From an uncultured Gammaproteobacteria bacterium (GTDB taxonomy: Bacteria; Patescibacteriota; Patescibacteriia; UBA2196): 64,000 nt of DNA. The notes beneath the pieces are model-generated. The model saw only the letters and a list, made by a program, of their open reading frames with translations, was not told where the DNA came from and did not search any database. The stretch spans positions 20,538 through 84,537 of the forward strand of contig CAYSXS010000001.1 in assembly GCA_964435065.1 (NCBI GenBank), written 5' to 3'. This document shows, one piece after another, positions 47,916-57,240 of the stretch. Position numbers and translations under genes: made by a program. Each line of letters starts with the position of its first letter. The stretch's first letter is position 1.

Positions 47916-48749
47916 ATGCAATTTGATTTTGAAAAATATTTAAATAAAACCAAAGACGAGTTAAGGTTAAGAAATTATAGTCAAAAGACCATAAAAAGCT
48001 ATTCAGGTTGTTTGAAAGATTATTTTAATTTTTTAAATACTAATAAGGGTATTGTTGACTTAAAATCAGTTGAAAAAGTAAAAAAATTTTTATTGAATAA
48101 ACAGAACAAGGGCAATTCAGGACAAACTATAAATTTATATTTAAATGCTATTAAATTTTTTTATAGAGATATTCTGAAGAATAATGAAAAAATAGATTTG
48201 AAGTTTTCTAAAACAAGTAAAAAATTGCCGGTGGTTTTATCACATAGTGAAATTGAAAAAATATTAAGTCATATTAGGAATGGTAAGCATAAATTAATGA
48301 TTTCTTTGGTTTATGGTGCTGGCTTAAGGATAAGTGAGGTAATTAATTTAAAAGTCCAAGATGTTGATCTAAATGAATTAACAATTCATTTAAAACAAGC
48401 AAAAGGCAAAAAAGATAGAATAACAATTCTATCTCCTAAAATTAAAGAAGAGCTGAATAACTTTTTGATGAACAAGCAGATGAAAGATTTGGTTTTTGAA
48501 AGTGAACGAGGTGGTAAGTTATCTGAAAGAACAGCTCAAAAAGTTTTTGAAAATGGATTAAAATCAGCTAAAATAAATAAACCAGCAACTTTTCATTCTT
48601 TGCGTCATTCATTTGCAACACATTTATTGGAAAATGGGGTAGATGTACGTTATGTGCAAGAACTATTAGGACATGCAAATATTCGTACAACACAGATATA
48701 CACTAAAGTAACTAATCCAAGCTTAAAAAATATTAAAAGTCCATTATGA
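47916..48749 (+). CDS. Integron-integrase-like tyrosine recombinase lacking the IntI-specific insertion
   Basis: LRNYS.KT..SY N-domain, KKLPVVLS..E, YGAGLR.SE, KGKKDR, HSLRHSFATHLLE.G.D.R.VQELLGH....TT.IYT, C-terminal SPL; 277 aa. Confidence 0.9.
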   Translation: MQFDFEKYLNKTKDELRLRNYSQKTIKSYSGCLKDYFNFLNTNKGIVDLKSVEKVKKFLLNKQNKGNSGQTINLYLNAIKFFYRDILKNNEKIDLKFSKTSKKLPVVLSHSEIEKILSHIRNGKHKLMISLVYGAGLRISEVINLKVQDVDLNELTIHLKQAKGKKDRITILSPKIKEELNNFLMNKQMKDLVFESERGGKLSERTAQKVFENGLKSAKINKPATFHSLRHSFATHLLENGVDVRYVQELLGHANIRTTQIYTKVTNPSLKNIKSPL

Positions 48750-49852
48750 AAATAGCTCATGTTGTTTGTAGATTTCCACCATATAAAGGTGGAATGGGAA
48801 ATGTAGCATATGAGCAAGCTAAAGAGCTTGCTAAATTAGGGTATGAAGTTACAGTGTTTACACCAAATTATTCTCATAAAGAACAGGATTTTAATTTTAA
48901 TGTAATATATTTAAAATCTTTAATTAAATTTGGTAATGCTGCTTTTTTACCTCAGTTGATATATAGGTTGAGGAAATTTGATGTTGTACAATTACACCAT
49001 CCTTTTTTTGGTGCTACAGAAATTGTTTGGGTAGCAAAAAAGTTAGGATTAATAAAAAAGTTGGTAGTTTTTTGTCATATGGAATTTATTCCTAAAAATT
49101 TGTTTTTTAAACTTTTTATGACACCAGATAAAATTATTTTAAAATCTTTATTAAACTCATCAAGTAAAATAGTTGTTAGTAGCTTAGATTATGTTCGTCA
49201 ATTATCAATTAAGAAGTACTTTGAAAAGAATAAAGAAAAATTTATTGAGATTCCTTTTGGTTCACAATTTAATTTACCTGAGTTGAAAGAAAAAACAAGA
49301 GATAAGAATATTCTTTTTGTTGGTGCTTTAGATAAAGCACATAATTTTAAAGGTGTAGATATATTATTAAAATCCTTTAAAGAGGTTTTGTCTAAAGTAA
49401 ATGATATCAAATTAAATATTGTTGGGGGTGGAGATATGATGGAAGAATATATTAAACAAGCCAAAGGTTTAGGGATTATTGATAATGTTAATTTTCCTGG
49501 GCGTGTGTCAGATGAAAAATTGAAAGAATATTATGCAAATTGTGATTTTTTTGTATTACCTTCCGTGGATTCTGGTGAAGCTTTTGGGTTAGTTCTTGTC
49601 GAAGCGATGAGTTTTGCAAAATCAGTTATTGCTTCTAACTTGCCAGGCGTACGTACAGTTTGTAGAGACAATCAGAATGGGTTTTTAATTGAACCAGGAA
49701 ATATGCAAGATTTAACTGAAAAAATGTTAAAATTAATACAGGATAATGATTTATCTAAAGAAATGGGTAAAAAGAGTAGACAAATAGTAGAAAATGAATA
49801 TACTTGGCCTGTTCATGTAAAGAAATTAGAAGAAGTTTATGAGAGTATATAG
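48746..49852 (+). CDS. Glycosyltransferase family 4
   Basis: GGMG, VGALD..H.FKG, EAFGLVLVEAM; ATGA overlap with the integrase stop. Confidence 0.92.
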   Translation: MKIAHVVCRFPPYKGGMGNVAYEQAKELAKLGYEVTVFTPNYSHKEQDFNFNVIYLKSLIKFGNAAFLPQLIYRLRKFDVVQLHHPFFGATEIVWVAKKLGLIKKLVVFCHMEFIPKNLFFKLFMTPDKIILKSLLNSSSKIVVSSLDYVRQLSIKKYFEKNKEKFIEIPFGSQFNLPELKEKTRDKNILFVGALDKAHNFKGVDILLKSFKEVLSKVNDIKLNIVGGGDMMEEYIKQAKGLGIIDNVNFPGRVSDEKLKEYYANCDFFVLPSVDSGEAFGLVLVEAMSFAKSVIASNLPGVRTVCRDNQNGFLIEPGNMQDLTEKMLKLIQDNDLSKEMGKKSRQIVENEYTWPVHVKKLEEVYESI

Positions 49853-51026
49853 GATAGTATTAATATTTTTAATATTTGTATTACTGCCAGTAAGTTTGGC
49901 TAGTGCTTTTGTTAATGAAGAAAGTAATTTAGATGAATATGTAAAACCTTTCTATAACCGGTATTCAAAACATTTTGATCAATATGGATTAAAATATATG
50001 AGTCCTAGTTATGGAATAGAAGATTTTAAAGAACCTGTTACAGCAAGAGAATGGATGTCTTTAGCTTCTTACTATAAATACACTAATAACCAGGACATTA
50101 TTCATGATTCAATAATTAAAGCATATAGGGAAATTAGTAGAAGACCTTCGTATACTCAATCTTTTAATGATGCAGAAGCTTTTTTATTAATTATTAGATT
50201 GATGGAGAATAATAAAGAAGTATTAACATATATTGAAAAAGAAAGAGTTCTTGATTTAATGTCAGCATATTTAGAACAAGGCATAAAAGCTAAAGATACA
50301 GAAAATAGGGCAATTATTGCATCAGCTCATTGGCAATACATTACAAATTATCTTTATTCTAATAACAGAATTATAAATAAAATATATTATGATGGTTTAA
50401 TAAAAGAAAAAATAGATAAAGCTATACAGGAAAGTATAAATAAAGATGGTTGGTACTTTGAAAATAATATGAAATCGTTTACACCTCATTACCACACTAT
50501 TTCTGCTTTCATGTTATTAATCTATGGAGATTTAACTCAACAGAATGAATATCTTGATTTATCTAAAAAAATGTATTTTAACATTAAGAAAATTACTTTT
50601 AAAAATGGGATGGTTGAAGCAAAGCTAGGGCATAGACCTTTAGGTTTAGGAGCTCAGTTCTATTTAACTCAATCGTTATTAGGTCAATATTTTAATGATG
50701 ATGACTACAAGGTATATTTATTCTATGCAAGTGGGAATAGATTTTTTTCAGATAAACAGTATTCTAATAGATTAGAATTTCATTCAACTATTGAAAATAC
50801 AGAACCAATCTATCATGATGATTATGCATTTAGTGATATAGCTGAGTTGGGTCTTGTTATTACTAAATTAAAAGATATTAATTTAGAACATAAATACTAT
50901 TTAACCAATCCAGTTCAAAATTTAAGAGATAATACTTTTAGGATATATAACTATGGAAAATTAATATTTTTTAATGGAAAAAGAAATATTTTAGGTAGTT
51001 ATGGTAACTGGTCACATATTTTATGA
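49839..51026 (+). CDS. Secreted hypothetical protein (possibly alpha/alpha-barrel)
   Basis: Signal peptide; helical aromatic-rich; DGWYFE...PHYH motif. Confidence 0.55.
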   Translation: MRVYRIVLIFLIFVLLPVSLASAFVNEESNLDEYVKPFYNRYSKHFDQYGLKYMSPSYGIEDFKEPVTAREWMSLASYYKYTNNQDIIHDSIIKAYREISRRPSYTQSFNDAEAFLLIIRLMENNKEVLTYIEKERVLDLMSAYLEQGIKAKDTENRAIIASAHWQYITNYLYSNNRIINKIYYDGLIKEKIDKAIQESINKDGWYFENNMKSFTPHYHTISAFMLLIYGDLTQQNEYLDLSKKMYFNIKKITFKNGMVEAKLGHRPLGLGAQFYLTQSLLGQYFNDDDYKVYLFYASGNRFFSDKQYSNRLEFHSTIENTEPIYHDDYAFSDIAELGLVITKLKDINLEHKYYLTNPVQNLRDNTFRIYNYGKLIFFNGKRNILGSYGNWSHIL

Positions 51027-51724
51027 AAACATATATAGTCATCCCAACATATAATGAGAAAGAGAATATTGAAGAATTAGTTAAAGAAATAGACAATCTT
51101 AAGATTGAAGATTTAAATATTTTAATTGTTGATGATAATTCACCTGATGGAACAGGTGAAATTGCTGATAGATTGAAAAATAGTTATCCAGTAGAAGTTT
51201 TACATAGACAAGATAAGCAAGGATTAGGATCAGCGTATAGAGCAGGGTTTAAATATTGTTTAGAACATAATGCAGAATATATATTTGAAATGGATGCAGA
51301 TTTTTCTCATAAACCAAAAGATGTTCCTCGTATGTTACAAGCAGCACAAGTAGGTGCAGATTTAGTTATTGGTTCAAGAAAGATTAAAGGAGGTAAAATC
51401 ATTGGCTGGAATGCTTGGCGTCATTTTTGTTCAGATGGAGCGATGTTTGCTTCTAGAATAATGTTAGGTTTAAAAACTAAAGATGTGACAGCTGGTTTTC
51501 GTTGTTTTAAAGCAGAAACGCTGAAAACTATTAAATATTCAGAAATTAAAAGTAATGGATATGCTTTTCAGGAAGAAATGATATATAGAATAGAAAAAGC
51601 TGGTTTAAAGGTAGTTGAAGTTCCAGTAGTATTTCTTGATCGTGAAAAAGGCAAGTCTAAGCTTAATAAAAAGGACATTATTGATTTTTTTGTTACTATT
51701 ATTAGATTAAAGTTTAAAAAATGA
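51023..51724 (+). CDS. Polyprenol monophosphomannose synthase (DPM1/Ppm1-like GT2)
   Basis: PTYNEKENI, VDDNSPDGTG, GLGSAY, MDADFSH, D.TAGFR, SNGYAFQ.E. Confidence 0.92.
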   Translation: MKTYIVIPTYNEKENIEELVKEIDNLKIEDLNILIVDDNSPDGTGEIADRLKNSYPVEVLHRQDKQGLGSAYRAGFKYCLEHNAEYIFEMDADFSHKPKDVPRMLQAAQVGADLVIGSRKIKGGKIIGWNAWRHFCSDGAMFASRIMLGLKTKDVTAGFRCFKAETLKTIKYSEIKSNGYAFQEEMIYRIEKAGLKVVEVPVVFLDREKGKSKLNKKDIIDFFVTIIRLKFKK

Positions 51725-52317
51725 AATATTTTAAATACATATTAATATTTTTTCTTTTTCTGGGTTGTTTTAATTTTGTTTATGCTCAAAATGAGATTGA
51801 ACAAACGTCAGCATATGTTTTGTATGTGATTGATGGAGATACTGTAAGAGTAAGTATTGATGGTAAGGAACATAGAGTTAGATTACTTGGAATTGACGCA
51901 CCAGAGATTGTTAATGTAGAAGAAAACAAAGAAGGTGAGTGTTTTTCAGATGAAGCTACAAAAAAGTTAAAAGAATTGATTTTAAACAAAGAAATTGTGC
52001 TGGTTAATGATTCTTTAAGTGATGATAAGGATAAATATAATAGGTTGTTAAGATATATATATTTAGATGACTTAGATGTTAATGCAGAACTACTAAAAGA
52101 TGGGTACGCTAAGTCTTTTTTGTTTTTTCCTTTTGATAAAGCGCAAGAATATGGAATTTTAGATAATTTCGCTAAATTACAAAATTCAGGGTTATATGAT
52201 CCAGATGCCTGTTCTAAAGTTGTTGATGATACAGAAACAGATACGCCATATCTTTTATTTGGAATAGCAGGACTAGCTATTCTCTTAATTATTATTTTTT
52301 TAAAGAAAAATGATTAA
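51721..52317 (+). CDS. Thermonuclease (SNase) family protein, membrane-anchored
   Basis: VIDGDT, VRLLGIDAPE, DKYNRLLRY, VNAELLKDGYA; C-terminal TM. Confidence 0.9.
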   Translation: MKYFKYILIFFLFLGCFNFVYAQNEIEQTSAYVLYVIDGDTVRVSIDGKEHRVRLLGIDAPEIVNVEENKEGECFSDEATKKLKELILNKEIVLVNDSLSDDKDKYNRLLRYIYLDDLDVNAELLKDGYAKSFLFFPFDKAQEYGILDNFAKLQNSGLYDPDACSKVVDDTETDTPYLLFGIAGLAILLIIIFLKKND

Positions 52318-53653
52318 AAAAAACTTATACAAAATTGTTTTATTTCTCTTCTTCATATTTTTAATCTTTTTCCGCTTACACAATGCGGATGTTTTTAATT
52401 CATATTGGGGTTATGATGGAGGAGGACATTTAGAATATATACAGGAAATATATGAACAAGGAAGTTTGCCTAACATGGAAGAAAACTATTTAGCTTGGCA
52501 TGAGCCAGCTTTTTATTTCTCCTATTCTGTAATTGGTAAAATATTTAATTTAATTTATCCAAGTGATTTTACTGTTGTTATTAAGTTTTTACAGATATTT
52601 TCTGCAATGCTTGGTGTTTTAATGATTTGGTTAATTTACAAAATTGCGCAGCAATTTAGTAAGAATAAGAATGTTTGGTTAGCAGCAGTATTTTCTTCAG
52701 GATTTTTATCAGTAATTATAGAAACAACTAACTATTTAACTAATGAATTGTTATTAGCTTTTTTAATTATTCTCCTTTTTTACTATTTCATTAGGTTTTC
52801 AAAAAAAGGTTGGAATTTAAAAAGGGTTTTAGGTATTTCTGTTTTGTGTGGAATAGCTTTATTAGTTAAACTATCAGCTTTAATTTTTATCTTTTCCATA
52901 TTAATTTGGTTTTTATATAGATGTATATATACAGGTAAGATTAAATGGTTAGGATATCTCGTGGCTTTTGTTGTTGTTGCTTCTTTAATTTATTCTCCTT
53001 GGGCGATATATAAGCAAAAGAACATTGGTAGTTTATGGTCAATTAATATATATGAAGATAATTTATCTGAAAGCGGGGAACTTAACTCAGATTTCTTCTA
53101 TAGACTAAATCCTCAGATATTTAATAATCCATTTTGGATGACAAGTAGTAATTCTTTCTGCGCAGTAATTTTTGCAGATACATTTTCAGACTATTACTCA
53201 ATATCTAATAACCTTGATAAAAATTTATCATTGCCAGATAATCAAAAAATATGGGTAGATAGTGGTAATTTTGTAACTCATTTGAAGTATAGGTTGTCTA
53301 TTCTTCTACTTTATTCCTCTGTATTCTTCATTCTAATCTTCTTAGGAGGAGTAATTGGCTTATGTTGGCAATTAATTAAGAAAAAACTAAAACCAGGTAT
53401 TAACCTATTTATCTTAATATTCATAATTGGTTCTTTTCTAGCATTGATGTATAATGTTTTTAGTTTTCCATTCTTGGAACGGGGGACATTAAAGGCCAGT
53501 TTTGTATTAAGTGTCTGGCCAATCCTTATGATTATCTCATGGTCGTGGTTAGGACAAGTTTTAAAGAAGTTTAAATTATCTTTTTTATGGATCCCTATTT
53601 GGTTTTTAATTTTAATTTGGTGTAGTTTATCTGTAGCCATAAATTGGATTTAA
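52310..53653 (+). CDS. GT-C fold membrane glycosyltransferase-like protein
   Basis: GYD..GH..YI, HEPAFY, multi-TM. Confidence 0.72.
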   Translation: MIKKNLYKIVLFLFFIFLIFFRLHNADVFNSYWGYDGGGHLEYIQEIYEQGSLPNMEENYLAWHEPAFYFSYSVIGKIFNLIYPSDFTVVIKFLQIFSAMLGVLMIWLIYKIAQQFSKNKNVWLAAVFSSGFLSVIIETTNYLTNELLLAFLIILLFYYFIRFSKKGWNLKRVLGISVLCGIALLVKLSALIFIFSILIWFLYRCIYTGKIKWLGYLVAFVVVASLIYSPWAIYKQKNIGSLWSINIYEDNLSESGELNSDFFYRLNPQIFNNPFWMTSSNSFCAVIFADTFSDYYSISNNLDKNLSLPDNQKIWVDSGNFVTHLKYRLSILLLYSSVFFILIFLGGVIGLCWQLIKKKLKPGINLFILIFIIGSFLALMYNVFSFPFLERGTLKASFVLSVWPILMIISWSWLGQVLKKFKLSFLWIPIWFLILIWCSLSVAINWI

Positions 53654-53660
53654 AATATAT

Positions 53661-54806
53661 ATGAAGATTTGTTTAATAAACAATTTATACAAACCTTTTA
53701 ATAAAGGTGGAGCAGAAGCAGTTGTAGAAGATACTGCTAAATGTTTAGTTTCTTTAAAACACGAAGTAATTTTAATTACTTTAGGTGAAGAGGATAAAAT
53801 AGAAGAATTGGATGGAGTTAAGGTATACAGAATTAAACCTTGGAATATATTTTCTTTTTTAGATATGGATAATAAGAATGGGGTGGTTAGATTTATCTGG
53901 TGGTTTTTTAATGTTTTTAATCTATCTTCAAGAAAGAAAATTAAGAATATTTTAAAAAAAGAAAAACCAGATCTTGTGCATATACACAATATGGTTGGTA
54001 TGAGTTTTTTAATTTCACGATTGATTAGTAGATTAAAGATAAAATCAGTATTAACTATTCATGACATTCAATTAGTTTATCCTTCAGGGCAATTAATTTA
54101 TGGGCAAGAGAATACATTTATTAACACCTTCTTTTTAAGAAAATGGTATGAAAAACTTGTTAAGTTTTTAATTTCATCTCCTGATGTAGTTATTTCCCCA
54201 TCAAAATGGTTATTGGATTTTTATGCAAAAAAAGGATTCTTTAAGGATTCATATAAAAAAGTTTTACCAAATTCAGTTCCTCAAATATCTAGTCAAAGAG
54301 TCGAAAGTGAAAAATTAAGATTTTTGTATGTCGGACAAGTAGGAGAATACAAAGGAATATTTACTTTGTTAAATGTATTTAAAGATTTAGATTATGAATT
54401 GCATGTTGTTGGTGATGGTAAAGATTTAGAAAAAGCTAAAAAGTTTGAAAGTAATAATATATTATTCCATGGAAGATTAGATAAAAAAGAATTAGAAAAT
54501 ATATATTCTAATTCAGATATTTTAATCTTTCCAAGTTTAACTTATGAAAATTGTCCAATGGCTATTATGTTGGCTTTTGGTTTTGGTATTCCAGTAATTG
54601 GCTCACGTATTGGTGGTGTACCTGAATTAATCGAAGAAAACATAACAGGTTGGTTGTTTGAACCAGGTAATGAGCAAGAATTAGGTAAATTAGTTAGTAT
54701 ATGCAAAGATAAGGTTAAAGGAATGAGAGATAACTGTTTAAATAGAGCAAAAGAGCATACTATTGAAAAATATTTAAAAAAATTAGAAGAAATATATATA
54801 ACTTGA
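53661..54806 (+). CDS. Glycosyltransferase family 4
   Basis: GGAE, PDLVHIHN, TIHD, ENCPM, GGVPE. Confidence 0.9.
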   Translation: MKICLINNLYKPFNKGGAEAVVEDTAKCLVSLKHEVILITLGEEDKIEELDGVKVYRIKPWNIFSFLDMDNKNGVVRFIWWFFNVFNLSSRKKIKNILKKEKPDLVHIHNMVGMSFLISRLISRLKIKSVLTIHDIQLVYPSGQLIYGQENTFINTFFLRKWYEKLVKFLISSPDVVISPSKWLLDFYAKKGFFKDSYKKVLPNSVPQISSQRVESEKLRFLYVGQVGEYKGIFTLLNVFKDLDYELHVVGDGKDLEKAKKFESNNILFHGRLDKKELENIYSNSDILIFPSLTYENCPMAIMLAFGFGIPVIGSRIGGVPELIEENITGWLFEPGNEQELGKLVSICKDKVKGMRDNCLNRAKEHTIEKYLKKLEEIYIT

Positions 54807-54839
54807 TTTTATTAACCTTTTATGTAAAAATACATTACT

Positions 54840-55541
54840 ATGACTGATACAAAACAACAAAACAACCCACAACAAAATGAAGAGCAAGCAAAGCTTGCTA
54901 AAGAATTTCAAGAACAAATGAATAAATCTTTGGACGAAATGTCTAAAATAGATGATTTTAAGGAATATTTTAAAGTTCAAAGAGAAATTATTCAGAAATA
55001 TATTAATACTTGGAAATATATTGAAACGAATCTAGAAAGAGATTCTGTTGAAGATTATACCATGTTACTTAAGAGTTTTGGACAAATGGCAGAATTAGAT
55101 AAGGAAAAAGGTAAGATACCCAAAGAAAAATCAGAAACTATAGATAAGTTTAATAAACAGGTTTTAGAAACCTTAGAAAAAGGTGATTATCAAAAGACTT
55201 CAGAACAGTTATTCTATGTCTTATTAGGAAATGTCTTAGAACATGTTAACAAAGCGGATATAGACATGAAAGAGTTTAATATTCAGAAAGACTTATACCC
55301 ACATCTACAAATGCCTTTAGGTTTATCTTTCTTTCTGTTCCAAAATTTAATCTTTGGAAAAATGGCTCAGAAAGTTAATGAACTTAGTAAAGAATATTTA
55401 AAAAAATATTGTGCTTTACTTCTTGGTTTGTGGCGTATGATTTTTGAGTTAATGCAGTATGAGAAGCAAATGGAAGCCATGAAAAAGAAACAAGCTGAAG
55501 AAGGAAAGGAAGGTGAAGAAAGTAAAGAAGAAAATAAATAG
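54840..55541 (+). CDS. Hypothetical helical protein
   Basis: 233-aa ORF, no recognised motif. Confidence 0.6.
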   Translation: MTDTKQQNNPQQNEEQAKLAKEFQEQMNKSLDEMSKIDDFKEYFKVQREIIQKYINTWKYIETNLERDSVEDYTMLLKSFGQMAELDKEKGKIPKEKSETIDKFNKQVLETLEKGDYQKTSEQLFYVLLGNVLEHVNKADIDMKEFNIQKDLYPHLQMPLGLSFFLFQNLIFGKMAQKVNELSKEYLKKYCALLLGLWRMIFELMQYEKQMEAMKKKQAEEGKEGEESKEENK

Positions 55542-55576
55542 TTTAAATATTTTCAAAATTTAACACTGGAGGGCAA

Positions 55577-55891
55577 ATGTATAAGATAATAATTGTTGTT
55601 TTGTCTTTTTTATTTCTACAATTAAATTCTTTTGCGCAGAATTCTGTGCAAGTTTTTTCTGTTGAATCCATTAACATCTCGGAAAAGACAAAAAACTTTG
55701 GTAACGGTTTTTTGTCCGAAGTTGATGATTTAAAAAATATTTTGAAAGGAAAGTTGGATGTTTTAAAACAAATTTATGTTTTTAGTTGGAAAAACTATCG
55801 TTTTGAAGTGAAATCAAATATTGATGATTTTGTTATGAACGGTAGGAGTAAGAGAAACAAATTTATAATTACAATTTTTATATCACATTAA
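55577..55891 (+). CDS. Hypothetical secreted protein
   Basis: GGAGG RBS, signal-peptide-like N-terminus. Confidence 0.55.
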   Translation: MYKIIIVVLSFLFLQLNSFAQNSVQVFSVESINISEKTKNFGNGFLSEVDDLKNILKGKLDVLKQIYVFSWKNYRFEVKSNIDDFVMNGRSKRNKFIITIFISH

Positions 55892-55927
55892 ATTCACAAA
55901 TAGTTCATTTAAAAATGAGGTGAAGAA

Positions 55928-56740
55928 ATGAAAAAAAATACAGGAAGATTATTAGCTTTTGGTTTATTGTTTTCTATAGTCGTAATTTGTTTAATTTTAG
56001 TAATGTTTATTATCATAGATGTGGAACATAAAGTTAATTTTAAAGTTTGGTTTGAATATCCGATTCTTTTTTTTTATGCCACCCTTATTTTATTTCTACC
56101 ATTTATTATGTGGCTTGAGAGTGGTTCGCAGAAAAAAATTAGGTGTTATGGAACATGGAAAGAGACATTAGAGACAAGCGCTATTGTTTGCACACTTATT
56201 ATAATGTTTTTTCTCTATTACAAAATGTGGGCAATCGTCAATGTGGAGTTAGTTAGATTTATTTGGATATTTTATGTGGCAATTGCATATCTTGTTATAT
56301 ACTACTTTTTTTTGCGTCCTATCTATCCAGTTTCTTCAATGTATATATCCAAAAACAATATATTATACAAACCAGGTAAAATAATCTTTATTTCTCAGTT
56401 TAAAAGATATTTTATTAAAACCTGGGATAAAACAATTTCGTTTTTAAGAGAGCAAGAAGTCATTTTTAAAGACGGTAAACTTATGATGCAAGTAGGTTTT
56501 TCTGTAAGTATAACAATTTTAGGAGAAGATTTTCAGAACGCTGCTTATTTTAAGGATCAGAATGATTTAGAAGACTTAATATGGATTAATTGTTTTCAAG
56601 ACATTATTACTCTTAAATTTGGATATATGACGTATCTGGAAATAAAACAAACAGAAAAATTGTTTTCTGAATACCAAGAAAGACTAGCAAATTATTTTAT
56701 GGTTAAATGGGATGGAAAAATAACAATGGAGGAAGTATAA
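55928..56740 (+). CDS. Hypothetical membrane protein (4 TM)
   Basis: GAGGTG RBS, hydrophobic segments. Confidence 0.6.
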   Translation: MKKNTGRLLAFGLLFSIVVICLILVMFIIIDVEHKVNFKVWFEYPILFFYATLILFLPFIMWLESGSQKKIRCYGTWKETLETSAIVCTLIIMFFLYYKMWAIVNVELVRFIWIFYVAIAYLVIYYFFLRPIYPVSSMYISKNNILYKPGKIIFISQFKRYFIKTWDKTISFLREQEVIFKDGKLMMQVGFSVSITILGEDFQNAAYFKDQNDLEDLIWINCFQDIITLKFGYMTYLEIKQTEKLFSEYQERLANYFMVKWDGKITMEEV

Positions 56741-56764
56741 ACATTTGTTGTTCATATAATTTTG

Positions 56765-56803
56765 TCCCCAGTGTCTGTTTTAGATACTGGGGATATTTTT
56801 TTT
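56765..56803 (+). terminator. Intrinsic terminator
   Basis: TCCCCAGTGTCT...AGATACTGGGGA followed by a T-run. Confidence 0.75.
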
Positions 56804-56830
56804 GACAAATTCTGTGTTTTGTAGTAATAT
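56802..56830 (+). promoter_or_regulatory. rnpB promoter
   Basis: TTGACA-17-TAATAT immediately before the P1 helix. Confidence 0.65.
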
Positions 56831-56835
56831 ACTAA

Positions 56836-57215
56836 TTGTCCGGGTAGGTGAGTGATTACCTGTATTTCTTAGGAAATATGGGAGGAAAGTCCGAACACCA
56901 ACCTATTCAATTAGGAATAATAGTTCTGAAATAGAACCAGGTATAAGACTTACGAGAAAAGTAGTTCACGATCGTGTTACTTTTAGTGGACAAAGTCAAA
57001 ACCTCGAGCTAGTGCCACAGAGACTATACTAACCCTTATGGGTGAAATGTGAAAAGTGAACTGATGTTTTTTTAAAGCTACAGTTCTCATCCCTTGGTGA
57101 CAAGGAGATGTGGTAAACCTTATTTTGGTGCAAGTCATAATTGACGCGTAGATAGATGATCACAATTACTGCTTTGCAGTAATACAGAATTCGGCTTATG
57201 ACCCTGCCTGGACAA
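56836..57215 (+). ncRNA. rnpB: RNase P RNA
   Basis: GAGGAAAGTCCG, AGTGCCACAGA, GGTAAACC...GCAAG, AGATAGATGAT, ACAGAATTCGGCTTA; P1 TTGTCCGGGTAGG/CCTGCCTGGACAA. Confidence 0.95.
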
Positions 57216-57240
57216 CAATTAAATTTATATTACTTAATAT

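Noticed and set aside
47916-48749. Calling the recombinase xerC/xerD or a canonical intI
   Set aside because: IntI-like N-domain, LPVVLS and terminal SPL argue against Xer, while the missing I2 insertion argues against canonical IntI. No symbol assigned.
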